From the sequence record MW598459: 64,000 nucleotides of DNA, one strand, 5' to 3'. Of this stretch, positions 18,706 to 28,163 are shown in pieces. The translations under genes were made by a program, and so were the position numbers. The stretch comes from Escherichia phage vB_EcoM_RZ. Every line of letters begins with the position of its first letter. Within the stretch, counting starts at the first letter, position 1. A model generated the notes under the pieces. The model searched no databases. It saw only the letters and a program-made list of their open reading frames with translations, and was not told the origin of the DNA.

Positions 18706-20519
18706 TGGTGTTTAACCCTATGCATGATTTCTTTATTTTTGCCGAGATTAAATCCGCGTTCGTTCGGATTTCCCAAATAACCACAAGTTCTTCTTATTGT
18801 GTTCATCTTTTTAGGGTCAGTTTCTCCACAAATAGAACAAACAAATCCGTTTTCAGTAGGAGTCATTTCATGAGTACTTCCACACGTAAAACATTTATCT
18901 ACTGGCATATTAACACCAAAATAATCTAAATGTTGTGCGGCATAATCCCATACAGCCTCAAGACCTTTTAAGTTATTTTTCATATCAGGAAGTTCAACAT
19001 AAGAAATGTGACCACCTGTCGCAATGAAATGATATGGGGCTTCGCGAGAAATCTTTTCAAACGGAGTGATATTTTCTTCTACTGAAACGTGGAAACTGTT
19101 AGTGTACCAGCCTTTATCAGTAACATCCTTTACACTTCCATATTTTTCAGTATCAAGTTTACAAAAGCGATAACAAAGGTTTTCAGCAGGTGTAGAATAC
19201 AAACTAAAAGCAAAACCGGTTCTTTCAGTCCACTGCTTAAGACGAGCATTCATTTTAGTTAAAATTTCTTGCCCAATATCACGACCGGCAAGAATATTCA
19301 ATTCGTGAATACCAATGTATCCCAAAGACACTGAACTTCTACCGTTTTTAAATAACTCAATTATGTCGTCATCAGGTTTAAGACGAACCCCGAATGCACC
19401 TTCTTGGTAAAGAATAGGAGCAACAGTCGCTTTAACTCCTTTTAAAGAACTAATTCTACACATCAATGCTTCAAAGCATAAATCCATTCGCTCATTGAAC
19501 AATTCGATAAATTTCTGTTCATTGAACTGTGTTCCAATATAAGAATCTAACGCAATGCGAGGAAGATTCAGTGTTACAACACCAAGATTATTACGCCCAT
19601 CAAGAATTTCATTACCAGTCGAATCTTTCCATACGCTCAAGAAACTACGACAACCCATTGGAGAAACAGGAATAGATGAACCGGTGATAGCTTTGTTATT
19701 CTTAACTGAAATAATATCAGGATACATCCTTTTGCTTGCACACTCTAGAGCAAGCTGCTTAATATCATAGTTCGGGTCGTCTTTATAAAGATTAACACCT
19801 TCTTCAACGAACATAACAAGTTTAGGGAAAATAGGAGTTATCCCATCGCGACCAAGACCTTTGATACGATTTTTCAGAATTGCTTTCTGAATCATTCGTT
19901 CAGTCCAGTCAGTTCCCGTGCCAAACGTAATTGTCACAAAAGGCGTTTGCCCATTTGAACTAAAGAGCGTATTTACTTCATATTCATAAGCTTGGAATGC
20001 ATCATATACGTCTTTTTCTGTTTTAGATTGAGCATAATTCAATGCATCAGTGATTTGCCATTTTTCTGCATCTTCAATATGTTTTGCGTATGTACGTTTA
20101 ACATAAGGAGAAAATACTTTGTCTACATTAGCAAAAGTCGTTCCACCATATTGGTGAGAAGCAACCTGTGCAGTAATTTGTGCCATAATTGCAGTAGCAA
20201 CACCAATTGATTTAGGAGTTTCAATCTGCGCATTACCGAGCTTAAACCCGTTCTCAAGCATTCCTTTTAAATCTACTAAACAGCAATTAGTAAATGGAAG
20301 AGCGGGGGAATAATCAATATCATGGAAATGAATAATTCCACTTTCATGTGCTTTCATAATAAAAGACGCGACCATATTTTTGGCAATGTGTTTAGATACA
20401 ATACCAGCCATAAGGTCCCGTTGAGTTGGAAAAACACGAGAATCTTTATTAGCATTCTCGTTTAAAAGGTCTTTATTAGTTTTATGAATCAATCCTTCAA
20501 TTTCGTTTTCAATTGTCAT
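18702..20519 (-). CDS. nrdD: Anaerobic ribonucleoside-triphosphate reductase NrdD (605 aa), uninterrupted
   Basis: Track ORF; C-terminal zinc ribbon CFTCG...CSICG and glycyl-radical motif RTCGYLG; same length as T4 NrdD. Confidence 0.9.
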   Translation of the reverse strand: MTIENEIEGLIHKTNKDLLNENANKDSRVFPTQRDLMAGIVSKHIAKNMVASFIMKAHESGIIHFHDIDYSPALPFTNCCLVDLKGMLENGFKLGNAQIETPKSIGVATAIMAQITAQVASHQYGGTTFANVDKVFSPYVKRTYAKHIEDAEKWQITDALNYAQSKTEKDVYDAFQAYEYEVNTLFSSNGQTPFVTITFGTGTDWTERMIQKAILKNRIKGLGRDGITPIFPKLVMFVEEGVNLYKDDPNYDIKQLALECASKRMYPDIISVKNNKAITGSSIPVSPMGCRSFLSVWKDSTGNEILDGRNNLGVVTLNLPRIALDSYIGTQFNEQKFIELFNERMDLCFEALMCRISSLKGVKATVAPILYQEGAFGVRLKPDDDIIELFKNGRSSVSLGYIGIHELNILAGRDIGQEILTKMNARLKQWTERTGFAFSLYSTPAENLCYRFCKLDTEKYGSVKDVTDKGWYTNSFHVSVEENITPFEKISREAPYHFIATGGHISYVELPDMKNNLKGLEAVWDYAAQHLDYFGVNMPVDKCFTCGSTHEMTPTENGFVCSICGETDPKKMNTIRRTCGYLGNPNERGFNLGKNKEIMHRVKHQ

Positions 20520-20989
20520 TTTAAACTCTTTCTAAGCTGCTTCTTAAATGAAGCCATTAATTGTGTTTTGGTGTCAGATTCATTATAAGTCATACCATTC
20601 AAAAGCATTTCCCGAATCATTTCTTCTTTCCCCAGACGACCGAACTCTTTGGCTTTGTCTGCCACAAAATTAGGGTGAATATTGTTTTCGGTATAATCAG
20701 ATTTCAGATAGACAAGCAAACTCTCTAACCATTCCAGGTAGTCAACATCGCGACTTTTCAGACCCGAACGGCTGAACTTATGCTTCATTTGTCCTTCTGT
20801 CCCATTGCACAGATTGCATAGTAACCCGCGAACCTTACCAGCTTTTGGCCCGTTCAATTCGTGGTCATGGTCAAGATGGTTGGCCTGAACATCAGAGTCC
20901 AAATCACGGTGGCAAATTGGACACTTACCAGCTTGTGCATCATAAAGTTTTTGTTTTTCTTCTTTGTATAATTTGCCAGTCAACAACAT
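20516..20989 (-). CDS. 49: Endonuclease VII gp49 (Holliday junction resolvase, 157 aa)
   Basis: Track ORF; near-identical to T4 gp49 from memory (MLLTGKLYKEEKQK, HLDHDHELNGPKAGKVRGLLCNLCN). Confidence 0.92.
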   Translation of the reverse strand: MLLTGKLYKEEKQKLYDAQAGKCPICHRDLDSDVQANHLDHDHELNGPKAGKVRGLLCNLCNGTEGQMKHKFSRSGLKSRDVDYLEWLESLLVYLKSDYTENNIHPNFVADKAKEFGRLGKEEMIREMLLNGMTYNESDTKTQLMASFKKQLRKSLK

Positions 20990-21024
20990 AATAAACCCTT
21001 ACCATTATTAGATAAGGGTATTTA

Positions 21025-21201
21025 TTAAATATTATAGAACGAACGGTGCAACCGTTTAAATTGACGAATCATCTTTTTGGTAGGACGAGTATACAATCCT
21101 ACACAGGTGGCCATAAACTGGTCAGTAGGACTTCCTTTGATAAGAAGTTTCCAGACCTTGCCACCATTTAACTTTTCGGTATAGACTAATTTAGTTTTCA
21201 T
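21025..21201 (-). CDS. Small basic hypothetical protein (58 aa)
   Basis: Hand-translated ATG..TAA ORF; ATG overlaps stop of the next small ORF. Confidence 0.3.
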   Translation of the reverse strand: MKTKLVYTEKLNGGKVWKLLIKGSPTDQFMATCVGLYTRPTKKMIRQFKRLHRSFYNI

Positions 21202-21374
21202 CAGAATGCCTTATCAGCAAAACGAAGTTGAGCTTCGAGCCAATGTATATAATCAGCCGCAGCTTTAATCAAGTCAGATTCTTCATCGGGTAACTTACGA
21301 GAATCTGACAATTCGTAAAGCGAATGTTCAATCAGACGGCCTTTGTGACGGCCAACTTCAATTTTGGTACTCAT
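21201..21374 (-). CDS. Small hypothetical protein (57 aa)
   Basis: Hand-translated ORF MSTKIEVGRHKGRLIEHSLYEL... Confidence 0.3.
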   Translation of the reverse strand: MSTKIEVGRHKGRLIEHSLYELSDSRKLPDEESDLIKAAADYIHWLEAQLRFADKAF

Positions 21375-21490
21375 ATCCAAACTCCATATCGATTAAATCA
21401 TTGTTTGAAGGTTCATTATAATCTATTTCGGAATCGTTGTAAACAGGTTCCTCTGGCTCGACAGTTTCCCATCGAGCGGTATACCATGGC

Positions 21491-21799
21491 TTAACGGTCA
21501 CACCAATAACAACTTACTTCAAAATCAGGCTCGCCGTCGTCCCAGTACCAAGGACCAACCGGATGCCAATCGCCATGCTTATCTTCTTCATATTCTATAG
21601 ATTCAAGCCCAACGTATTGCCATTGGACTTCATAAGCAGTGCCACCAATTACAACAGTGTTCTCACCATACGGGTTAGCCACAGCAAAGTCAATACCTTC
21701 TTCCTTTGCCAGGGCGACCATGTATTCGTAGAGTTTATATTCCAGGTCGTCTTCGTTGCCATCGCCCAGATAAATTGTTTGTCCGTCTAATTCACTCAT
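21491..21799 (-). CDS. Hypothetical acidic Trp-rich protein (102 aa)
   Basis: Track ORF. Confidence 0.4.
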   Translation of the reverse strand: MSELDGQTIYLGDGNEDDLEYKLYEYMVALAKEEGIDFAVANPYGENTVVIGGTAYEVQWQYVGLESIEYEEDKHGDWHPVGPWYWDDGEPDFEVSCYWCDR

Positions 21800-21821
21800 A
21801 ATTCCACCATAAATTTGTCAA

Positions 21822-21989
21822 TCATTTAAAGTTCCAGAATGAAGCACCAACCAGAAATAAAGGCCAACAAATCATAGACGTCAGCCACCAACAAAAGTCA
21901 CCTGCACCGAAATCATCTAATTTAGCTAGGGTCTTAGCATAACCAATACCGATGATAAGATACAAAATACCCAACAATAATTCAATCAT
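21822..21989 (-). CDS. Small membrane protein (55 aa), hypothetical
   Basis: Hand-translated ORF MIELLLGILYLIIGIGYAK...; ATG overlaps nrdC stop. Confidence 0.3.
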   Translation of the reverse strand: MIELLLGILYLIIGIGYAKTLAKLDDFGAGDFCWWLTSMICWPLFLVGASFWNFK

Positions 21990-22249
21990 TTAAAATATTC
22001 TCGCAGTTCAGTGAATCCGCCAATATGACTTCCGTCAGGAGCAAATACTTGCGGCATGGTCAAACCAATTTGAGATTCGCGACCAAGTGCAGCCAGGAGT
22101 TGGGCAATCTTCTCATCATCAAACACACCTTTTTCTGGCATAACGTTGATGAACTCGTAAGGTTGTTTTTTAACATCCAAAAAACGTTTTGCATTATCGC
22201 AGAATACACAGCGATGAATAGATGAATCATAACCATATACTTTAAACAT
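21986..22249 (-). CDS. nrdC: Thioredoxin/glutaredoxin NrdC (87 aa)
   Basis: Track ORF; matches T4 NrdC from memory (MFKVYGYDS.IH.CV.CDNAKR, GLTMPQVFAPDGSHIGGF). Confidence 0.88.
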   Translation of the reverse strand: MFKVYGYDSSIHRCVFCDNAKRFLDVKKQPYEFINVMPEKGVFDDEKIAQLLAALGRESQIGLTMPQVFAPDGSHIGGFTELREYFK

Positions 22250-22250
22250 A

Positions 22251-22508
22251 TTATTCCTTAATTCCTAATACTTGTTTGAAGGTCTCAGTATAATCGGGGT
22301 ATTGACCGGTTTGTTCTTTATGTTTGACCATAATACCATAAACTTCTGAACGCATATTATTATATGAACGAGTTAAAGCAGATTTCAATACTGAATAACT
22401 ATCCGGAAGTTTACCGTGTTCTTTATAATAGGCCAGAGTTAATTCACGGACCGCCTTATCAGCAGTCTCAAGATATTCTTTACGCTTTGCCATTTTCGTC
22501 TCGCTCAA
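22251..22508 (-). CDS. Hypothetical protein (85 aa)
   Basis: Track ORF. Confidence 0.4.
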   Translation of the reverse strand: MSETKMAKRKEYLETADKAVRELTLAYYKEHGKLPDSYSVLKSALTRSYNNMRSEVYGIMVKHKEQTGQYPDYTETFKQVLGIKE

Positions 22509-22812
22509 ATTTGTGTTTACAATGTCTGCATTTGTAACGAAGAGTACTAGTCTGCCAATGGACTAACTGGACCTGTTCAGTTCCGCATTCTGGACAGTTT
22601 GGAACACGCTTAGAAGCACGTTCCCGACGGCGAACCATAGTCATTACCATATCCCAATCAGTAACCTGACTATAATCGCCACAGCCATGAATCTTTCCCA
22701 ACTGCACAAGGTCAGCATCAATAAATTTTAAAAGACCTTTATTAACCCCCGCAGCGGGGGTCCATTCTGGAAATGCAGTTTCTGCAATATCTTCAGCTAA
22801 ACGTTGTTTCAT
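22480..22812 (-). CDS. Hypothetical zinc-ribbon protein (110 aa)
   Basis: Track ORF; CPECG...C.HCKHKF Cys pairs. Confidence 0.4.
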   Translation of the reverse strand: MKQRLAEDIAETAFPEWTPAAGVNKGLLKFIDADLVQLGKIHGCGDYSQVTDWDMVMTMVRRRERASKRVPNCPECGTEQVQLVHWQTSTLRYKCRHCKHKFERDENGKA

Positions 22813-23840
22813 TTCAGCAGCTCCAGAGCCTGTTCCAGTTTATCCAGACGATTAGTTGATTCTTCCCAAAGTCGCTTGGCTTTGGTATAGTCTTCAGTTG
22901 CCTTTTTATTAATAGCAAGAGCTTCATTATACGCTGTTTCCAGGGCAACAATTTCAGGCGCTTTTTGTTTCACTGGCTCATTATTCAGATTATCAATCAG
23001 GTCTTCAAGGGTGGTAACTTCATGCGGAGCATTCATAATTTCCTCACTTTTCTTTTTATAAATTTCTGCATCAGTTGGTTGTTTTGCGCATTTAACTTCA
23101 CGCAATGTCACCACAATTTTCCAACCTTTCCAACCATGAGTACTGGTGATAGGGTCTACTTTAATTTTTTCAACAGTACGCATATAATTAAGGGCACACT
23201 GCATCTGTGAAGTAAGCGTGCTCGCGACATCAAGATACTTTTTGACATTTTCTGGAGTAGCTACCGGCGTAAAGAATTCATACTTAACTGTAATAATTAC
23301 CTGGTTTTCACCAGACTCTTTAACATTTATCATGTGCTCAGCCAAATGGGAAATAGTGCGATAATCGCTACCCATCAATTTTGTCGCTGATTTGATGATA
23401 GACATTTTGTTATCTCTGAATTCACGAGCCCAGCAATTTGCGAATTCAGAAACAGTATAGCCTTGTTTATCAAGGTAGTATTTTTCAACATCACCAAACC
23501 AATGATATCCAATTGTACCTTTACCATGTCTGGATTCAACGCCAAACTTATTAAGAAGGTCTTTATTAACCAGGTATGCCAGGACTCGGGAACCTTTAAA
23601 AGTTTTCTTGATATCATCTTTACCTGCACGACTCGCAATAGTCGCGATGTCTTTTTCAAAGCGACCAGATGCAACAATAGTCGAATCAATCTGATTTAAC
23701 CAGGAATTGATAATCGAAAGGATAGCCGATTCACCTGTTAATGGTTTTACTTTTGCATCGATAGTGGTGTTAAAGGCCCGGATATATTCGTTACGTGTCA
23801 TAGTGTTCTCCTCATAAAGTAGGAATTCATTATACTCCAT
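22809..23840 (-). CDS. Hypothetical protein (343 aa) with C-terminal coiled coil
   Basis: Track ORF. Confidence 0.5.
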   Translation of the reverse strand: MEYNEFLLYEENTMTRNEYIRAFNTTIDAKVKPLTGESAILSIINSWLNQIDSTIVASGRFEKDIATIASRAGKDDIKKTFKGSRVLAYLVNKDLLNKFGVESRHGKGTIGYHWFGDVEKYYLDKQGYTVSEFANCWAREFRDNKMSIIKSATKLMGSDYRTISHLAEHMINVKESGENQVIITVKYEFFTPVATPENVKKYLDVASTLTSQMQCALNYMRTVEKIKVDPITSTHGWKGWKIVVTLREVKCAKQPTDAEIYKKKSEEIMNAPHEVTTLEDLIDNLNNEPVKQKAPEIVALETAYNEALAINKKATEDYTKAKRLWEESTNRLDKLEQALELLK

Positions 23841-23859
23841 CCATCCCTGGAAGTAAACA

Positions 23860-24795
23860 TTATTTTAATGCTTTGATTGCCGCTTGCAATTTATTGCGTT
23901 GTTTTTCCATATTCTTGATGCGATTCAGAACATCCTGGATACCCTTTTTCTCATCTTCAATCAGACCATTTAAGCGGTTAACTGATTCCCGGATAGCATC
24001 AGCATGATAGCTCTCAATAGGCTTCATTGGTGGGTTAAAGATTTCAAGAGAGCTGTTTGGCTGGATTTTCCATTGATACATATTTTTAACTTCCAGTGGT
24101 GAAATTTTAGTCTGGTCGTAAGATTTAAACTGACCTGCAAATGCTGGGCCATATGATGCGGTAGGGATACGTTCCATTTCTGGTTCCTTTTTATCTTCTG
24201 GTTCATTTTTCTCTTGATAAGGAGCATAAGATAAAAGATATTCTTTAGTCAATTTAATATCAATGGCTATAGTTTTGAGGAATTTTTCCGTTTGGTGGAT
24301 ATAATTTGTATCTTCATCAAACGTGTACGATTCAACAGCATGGCGCATATAAAACAGCGCAATACCCATAACCTCTTTAAAGTTATGACAAAGAGCAACA
24401 TCGCCCTTGGTAGTTGGTTTGAACTTAATCTGTACACCATCATTCTTAATATTGATAATCAAGTTGTCAGAGTTAAAATTATAGTTCTTGATGTTAACCG
24501 GAGCTTTGCGAATACGAAATCCGCCGGCCAGAATTTCCTTGATACTCTTACGAACCGTGGCACCAAACAAAAACGCTGGGCGACGGCAGTAATCATTCAG
24601 AGAGTTAATTCTTACAATACGTTGACCATACCCCTGGGTAGCAGAACCTGATTTGATTTTGCCAAAGTTAACCAAAGAATTCATTGCGATAAGACGAGTC
24701 ACACGACCGTCATGTGGTTCATAACTACTAGCGTATTCTTTACGTGTTTTAATTTTCATATCATAGTCCAAATAATTTTTCATAGAATTTAGCAA
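23860..24795 (-). CDS. Hypothetical protein (311 aa) with C-terminal coiled coil
   Basis: Track ORF. Confidence 0.5.
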   Translation of the reverse strand: MLNSMKNYLDYDMKIKTRKEYASSYEPHDGRVTRLIAMNSLVNFGKIKSGSATQGYGQRIVRINSLNDYCRRPAFLFGATVRKSIKEILAGGFRIRKAPVNIKNYNFNSDNLIINIKNDGVQIKFKPTTKGDVALCHNFKEVMGIALFYMRHAVESYTFDEDTNYIHQTEKFLKTIAIDIKLTKEYLLSYAPYQEKNEPEDKKEPEMERIPTASYGPAFAGQFKSYDQTKISPLEVKNMYQWKIQPNSSLEIFNPPMKPIESYHADAIRESVNRLNGLIEDEKKGIQDVLNRIKNMEKQRNKLQAAIKALK

Positions 24796-24976
24796 TAGGC
24801 CAACACACCATCATAATTGCCAAAACAAACCAAAGCAGAGGCCATACTAGTGTAATGAATACTGCATCATAGCTTGATTCAATTTCGATTGGATTCCAAT
24901 CACCCGATTTATGAATGATAATGGTCGTCATGAATCCTAGCACAAAGTAAAGGAGAATAAAACCTACAATTTCCAT
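24761..24976 (-). CDS. Hypothetical membrane protein (71 aa, two TM)
   Basis: Track ORF. Confidence 0.4.
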   Translation of the reverse strand: MEIVGFILLYFVLGFMTTIIIHKSGDWNPIEIESSYDAVFITLVWPLLWFVLAIMMVCWPIAKFYEKLFGL

Positions 24977-25060
24977 ATTAACCTACAATATTTGAGAATA
25001 TCAGCCACAGAATACCTGTGGCAACGATTGCATAACCAAGAACAGCAAGCCATTCCATAA

Positions 25061-25909
25061 TTAATCCTTAAGCAATTCAATAACGTTCATCAGTTTCTGA
25101 CGTTCGGCTTTCGCTGCGCTATTCAGTCCTGACAGACGGAAAATTTCATCATCTTGCTGCTGGATGGTGATGTTAAGCTCTTCAATCTGTTTAGTGAAAA
25201 GCTCAATTTGCTCTGAATATTTTTCATTGCTTCGCACTGGAACAGGTTCCATTTTAGGAGCTTGTTCAATGGGGCTCTCGACTTCAACTTGGTCTTTAAT
25301 TTGACATAGTTTAATACGCTGGACGCCTCCAGTTTTAACATCATAAAAGGTAAGAATGCCGTGACATTCCAGTACAGACAATGCCAAACGAAGATGGAAT
25401 TTCCAATTATCATATTGACATCCACTAAAAGAAGAAATACTGTATTCACCTTCTTTTTGACCTTTAATAACATTAAATAGTTTATAATCTAAAGAATTAT
25501 TGGTTTTAAAGGTCATTTGTTTATCTTGACCGCTTGCTAAACGAGCGCCTAATGCCAATAAACGGCGCTGGTTTTTCCAAAGGTCTTTAACCACTTCATC
25601 AAACGTCATGGTGCTAATCGCACGACCATAAAGGTCATAGCCTTTATTATAATTTTTAAGTAGAATTTTGGCATTAGCACGAGACAACATACCTGAACGA
25701 TGAAGAGATTTCATGACTCGGTCTTCTAATGTAAGAAGACCAGTGGTCTTTTCAAAGATTTTAGTGAATTCAGCGGAATTAGTACAAACATTGAACTTAT
25801 TCCACATCATATATAAAACATTTAAAACCACATCTTTAGTGCTTGGAATACTGTTAAATTTAACAACTTTTTTAACTTCAGAACGAATTTCATTAATTGC
25901 TTGTGACAT
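25061..25909 (-). CDS. Hypothetical protein (282 aa) with C-terminal coiled coil
   Basis: Track ORF. Confidence 0.5.
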   Translation of the reverse strand: MSQAINEIRSEVKKVVKFNSIPSTKDVVLNVLYMMWNKFNVCTNSAEFTKIFEKTTGLLTLEDRVMKSLHRSGMLSRANAKILLKNYNKGYDLYGRAISTMTFDEVVKDLWKNQRRLLALGARLASGQDKQMTFKTNNSLDYKLFNVIKGQKEGEYSISSFSGCQYDNWKFHLRLALSVLECHGILTFYDVKTGGVQRIKLCQIKDQVEVESPIEQAPKMEPVPVRSNEKYSEQIELFTKQIEELNITIQQQDDEIFRLSGLNSAAKAERQKLMNVIELLKD

Positions 25910-25972
25910 AATAATTTCCTCAATAGATTAATCAAAGGTCAGAACCATTATACCATCCTTGGTATAAAGCGT

Positions 25973-26497
25973 TTATGCGAGAACCGTCTTTAAACGCTCT
26001 TCAAACTTCTGAAGGAGTACCTGGCGCTCTGCTCTTTGTTTGGTATAGGTTTCAATACGCTCTGAAGTGAGATTGTATTGTTCATTAACTGATTCCCGCA
26101 TGAATTCAGGAATCTCTTTACATGCTTTGATTTCATTGAACTTATCAAGCACCGCTTGTTGTTCAGCAATCAGACCATCATAATATTGGATATCTGATTT
26201 GATGTTTTGTACATCAGATTCAGTAGGCATATTTTTCTTTGCTCTTGTCGCCTGATACTCAGCATTAGTCTCTCTTGACCAGAACAAGGAGCGGTTTTTA
26301 TTGGTGTTTTTATACACATCAACAATACCAACTGAATCAACAGTCACAATCCAGTTCCAGGTGTTTTTATAAGTTTGACCACCTGATACTGTAATCTCAC
26401 CAGCACAAGCAACATCATTAAAGAACTTGCTTTGTGCTTCTGATTTAAAATTACCATTATTGTAATTAATCAGATTAAAGATTGATTTGGCTTCCAT
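25973..26497 (-). CDS. Hypothetical protein (174 aa)
   Basis: Track ORF with early promoter upstream. Confidence 0.5.
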   Translation of the reverse strand: MEAKSIFNLINYNNGNFKSEAQSKFFNDVACAGEITVSGGQTYKNTWNWIVTVDSVGIVDVYKNTNKNRSLFWSRETNAEYQATRAKKNMPTESDVQNIKSDIQYYDGLIAEQQAVLDKFNEIKACKEIPEFMRESVNEQYNLTSERIETYTKQRAERQVLLQKFEERLKTVLA

Positions 26498-26533
26498 TTT
26501 ATTCTCCAGTATTTGGTAACTCAGTATGGGAAC

Positions 26534-26563
26534 ATTATACGTCTATCCCCATACCATGTACAC
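26534..26563 (-). promoter_or_regulatory. Early promoter (-35 GTGTAC, 18 bp, -10 TATAAT)
   Basis: Read on minus strand upstream of ORF 25973..26497; leader of the GTAACTCAGTATGG class. Confidence 0.5.
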
Positions 26564-26565
26564 AT

Positions 26566-26868
26566 TTAATTAAAAGTTCTTTCAGTATTTTCACCACTGA
26601 ACCAGACGCTCTTAACGGCTTGCTGGGCGCGATGGAGCTGCTCTGCCATATAAACACCAAGGGCCTCAGCTTTACGTGCCCTGTGAGCTTCTGCGGCGAC
26701 TATTTGCAACTTATCCATCATGATAAGAGCTTTACATTTCTCCTTCAGAGCATATCGCTTCTTCTCTTCTGGGGTTTTGACCATTCCTCTTAACTTGTGC
26801 ATTTTCAACTTAAAATGGTCAGCAGATTTCAGACATGCCTCAATCATGTCAAGTTCATACTTTTTCAT
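26566..26868 (-). CDS. Hypothetical protein (100 aa)
   Basis: Track ORF. Confidence 0.45.
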   Translation of the reverse strand: MKKYELDMIEACLKSADHFKLKMHKLRGMVKTPEEKKRYALKEKCKALIMMDKLQIVAAEAHRARKAEALGVYMAEQLHRAQQAVKSVWFSGENTERTFN

Positions 26869-26874
26869 AATTCC

Positions 26875-27081
26875 TCACTTGCGACGACGTTTTGGTAATG
26901 GTTTAGGGAAGAACATTGCTTTACCTGCAGGGGTCAAAGTCACACGCAAAGCATTACCAATACCAAGGGATGCTTTAACCAGACCTTTGGCTTTTAACTC
27001 ACCAAATGCTTGACGTTGTTCAGGGTCACGAGTGTTAACCATCAGACCTTTTTCACCAGCAGCTTTGATTAATTCTAACAT
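26875..27081 (-). CDS. Hypothetical basic protein (68 aa)
   Basis: Track ORF. Confidence 0.4.
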   Translation of the reverse strand: MLELIKAAGEKGLMVNTRDPEQRQAFGELKAKGLVKASLGIGNALRVTLTPAGKAMFFPKPLPKRRRK

Positions 27082-27122
27082 TTTATTCTCCGTTTGTTTA
27101 TTTGGTAACTCAGTATGGAATC

Positions 27123-27152
27123 ATTATGCATCATGACCATCTGGTTGTACAC
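27123..27152 (-). promoter_or_regulatory. Early promoter (-35 GTGTAC, 18 bp, -10 CATAAT)
   Basis: Read on minus strand upstream of ORF 26875..27081. Confidence 0.5.
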
Positions 27153-27198
27153 ATATACTAAATAAAAATACTTAATAAAACCATAAAGGAGAAAGTTT

Positions 27199-27945
27199 AT
27201 GATTTTATCCGGAAGAACTGTTGATGAACTCAATGAAAAAGTCCAGGCTGCCTTGGCTGATAATTGGTATTTGTTTGGTTCTACTATGGTGTTGCCGAAT
27301 ACCCCTACAGATAGCAAAGAGCGTTTTTTCCAAACTATGTCCAGCTCGGAAACTCAGATACCGGGTCCGCTTGGTCCCAAAGGAGAACCGGGTGTACCCG
27401 GACCAAAAGGAGACCCAGGTGGGGATGGAAAATCTTCTTATCAGATATGGCTTGACTTGGGAAATACAGGAACTGTTGATGATTTTTTAACTGATACAGC
27501 AGGAAAGAGGGAAAAATCCGAGGTGTTTTGGAGTGGTATAAACGTTCTATTAACTAATGGTACGACTTCAAACATAATTAGTGTTTTAAAGGGGATTCCA
27601 CCGACTGCAGGGACTCTATCTCCGTTTTTTAGAACCACTGATGATAAGTTGTGGCCATATAACCAAGACAGAAGCCTAATGTTTAAACTCAACCTTATTG
27701 GTAATTTTGCAGGAGCCTCGCAAGCTCGAAGTATAACATTAAATTTCGTTGGAACCAACGGAAACACTTATATACAGAATCGTCCGGAAAATGCTACAGA
27801 TATTTTGTCTTTTACAACGTTCTTTAGCATTGATAAAGATGGGGCAATGGCAACCAATGGTACAGCTATAACTGTTATGCCAAATGGCGGCAACTTTACA
27901 ATAACCTCCGCATTGTTAGTAGCCGAACAAACAGTGACTTCATAA
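27199..27945 (+). CDS. Collagen-like repeat protein (248 aa), hypothetical; only plus-strand gene in a minus-strand region
   Basis: Track ORF; AAGGAG RBS 7 nt upstream of ATG; seven Gly-X-Y triplets; Asn/Thr/Gly-rich C-terminal half. Confidence 0.6.
   Translation: MILSGRTVDELNEKVQAALADNWYLFGSTMVLPNTPTDSKERFFQTMSSSETQIPGPLGPKGEPGVPGPKGDPGGDGKSSYQIWLDLGNTGTVDDFLTDTAGKREKSEVFWSGINVLLTNGTTSNIISVLKGIPPTAGTLSPFFRTTDDKLWPYNQDRSLMFKLNLIGNFAGASQARSITLNFVGTNGNTYIQNRPENATDILSFTTFFSIDKDGAMATNGTAITVMPNGGNFTITSALLVAEQTVTS
27364..27429 (+). repeat. Gly-X-Y collagen-like triplet run (GPLGPKGEPGVPGPKGDPGGDG)
   Basis: Seen directly in the translation of ORF 27199..27945. Confidence 0.8.
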
Positions 27946-27967
27946 ACAAAAAAGGGCCATCCGGCCC
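27946..27967. terminator. Hairpin GGGCC-ATCC-GGCCC flanked by A-run; strong intrinsic terminator for minus-strand transcripts, possibly bidirectional
   Basis: Perfect 5-bp GC stem; T6 follows on minus strand; sits between convergent genes. Confidence 0.55.
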
Positions 27968-28163
27968 TTAGATTGCACTCCAAAAATTATGGAATCTTAT
28001 AGTATTGATAGCCCAGTTAACAAACCTGCGAGTTTGTTTGGGAGTTGGTTTACATATGTACTTATTGTTGATTCGTCTGCCAGTTTCCCGACAGACTGCT
28101 TCGAGATACCAGCGCCGACCTTTATTAGGTCTTCCGTATGATAAGAAGACCTTCATTTCTTCA

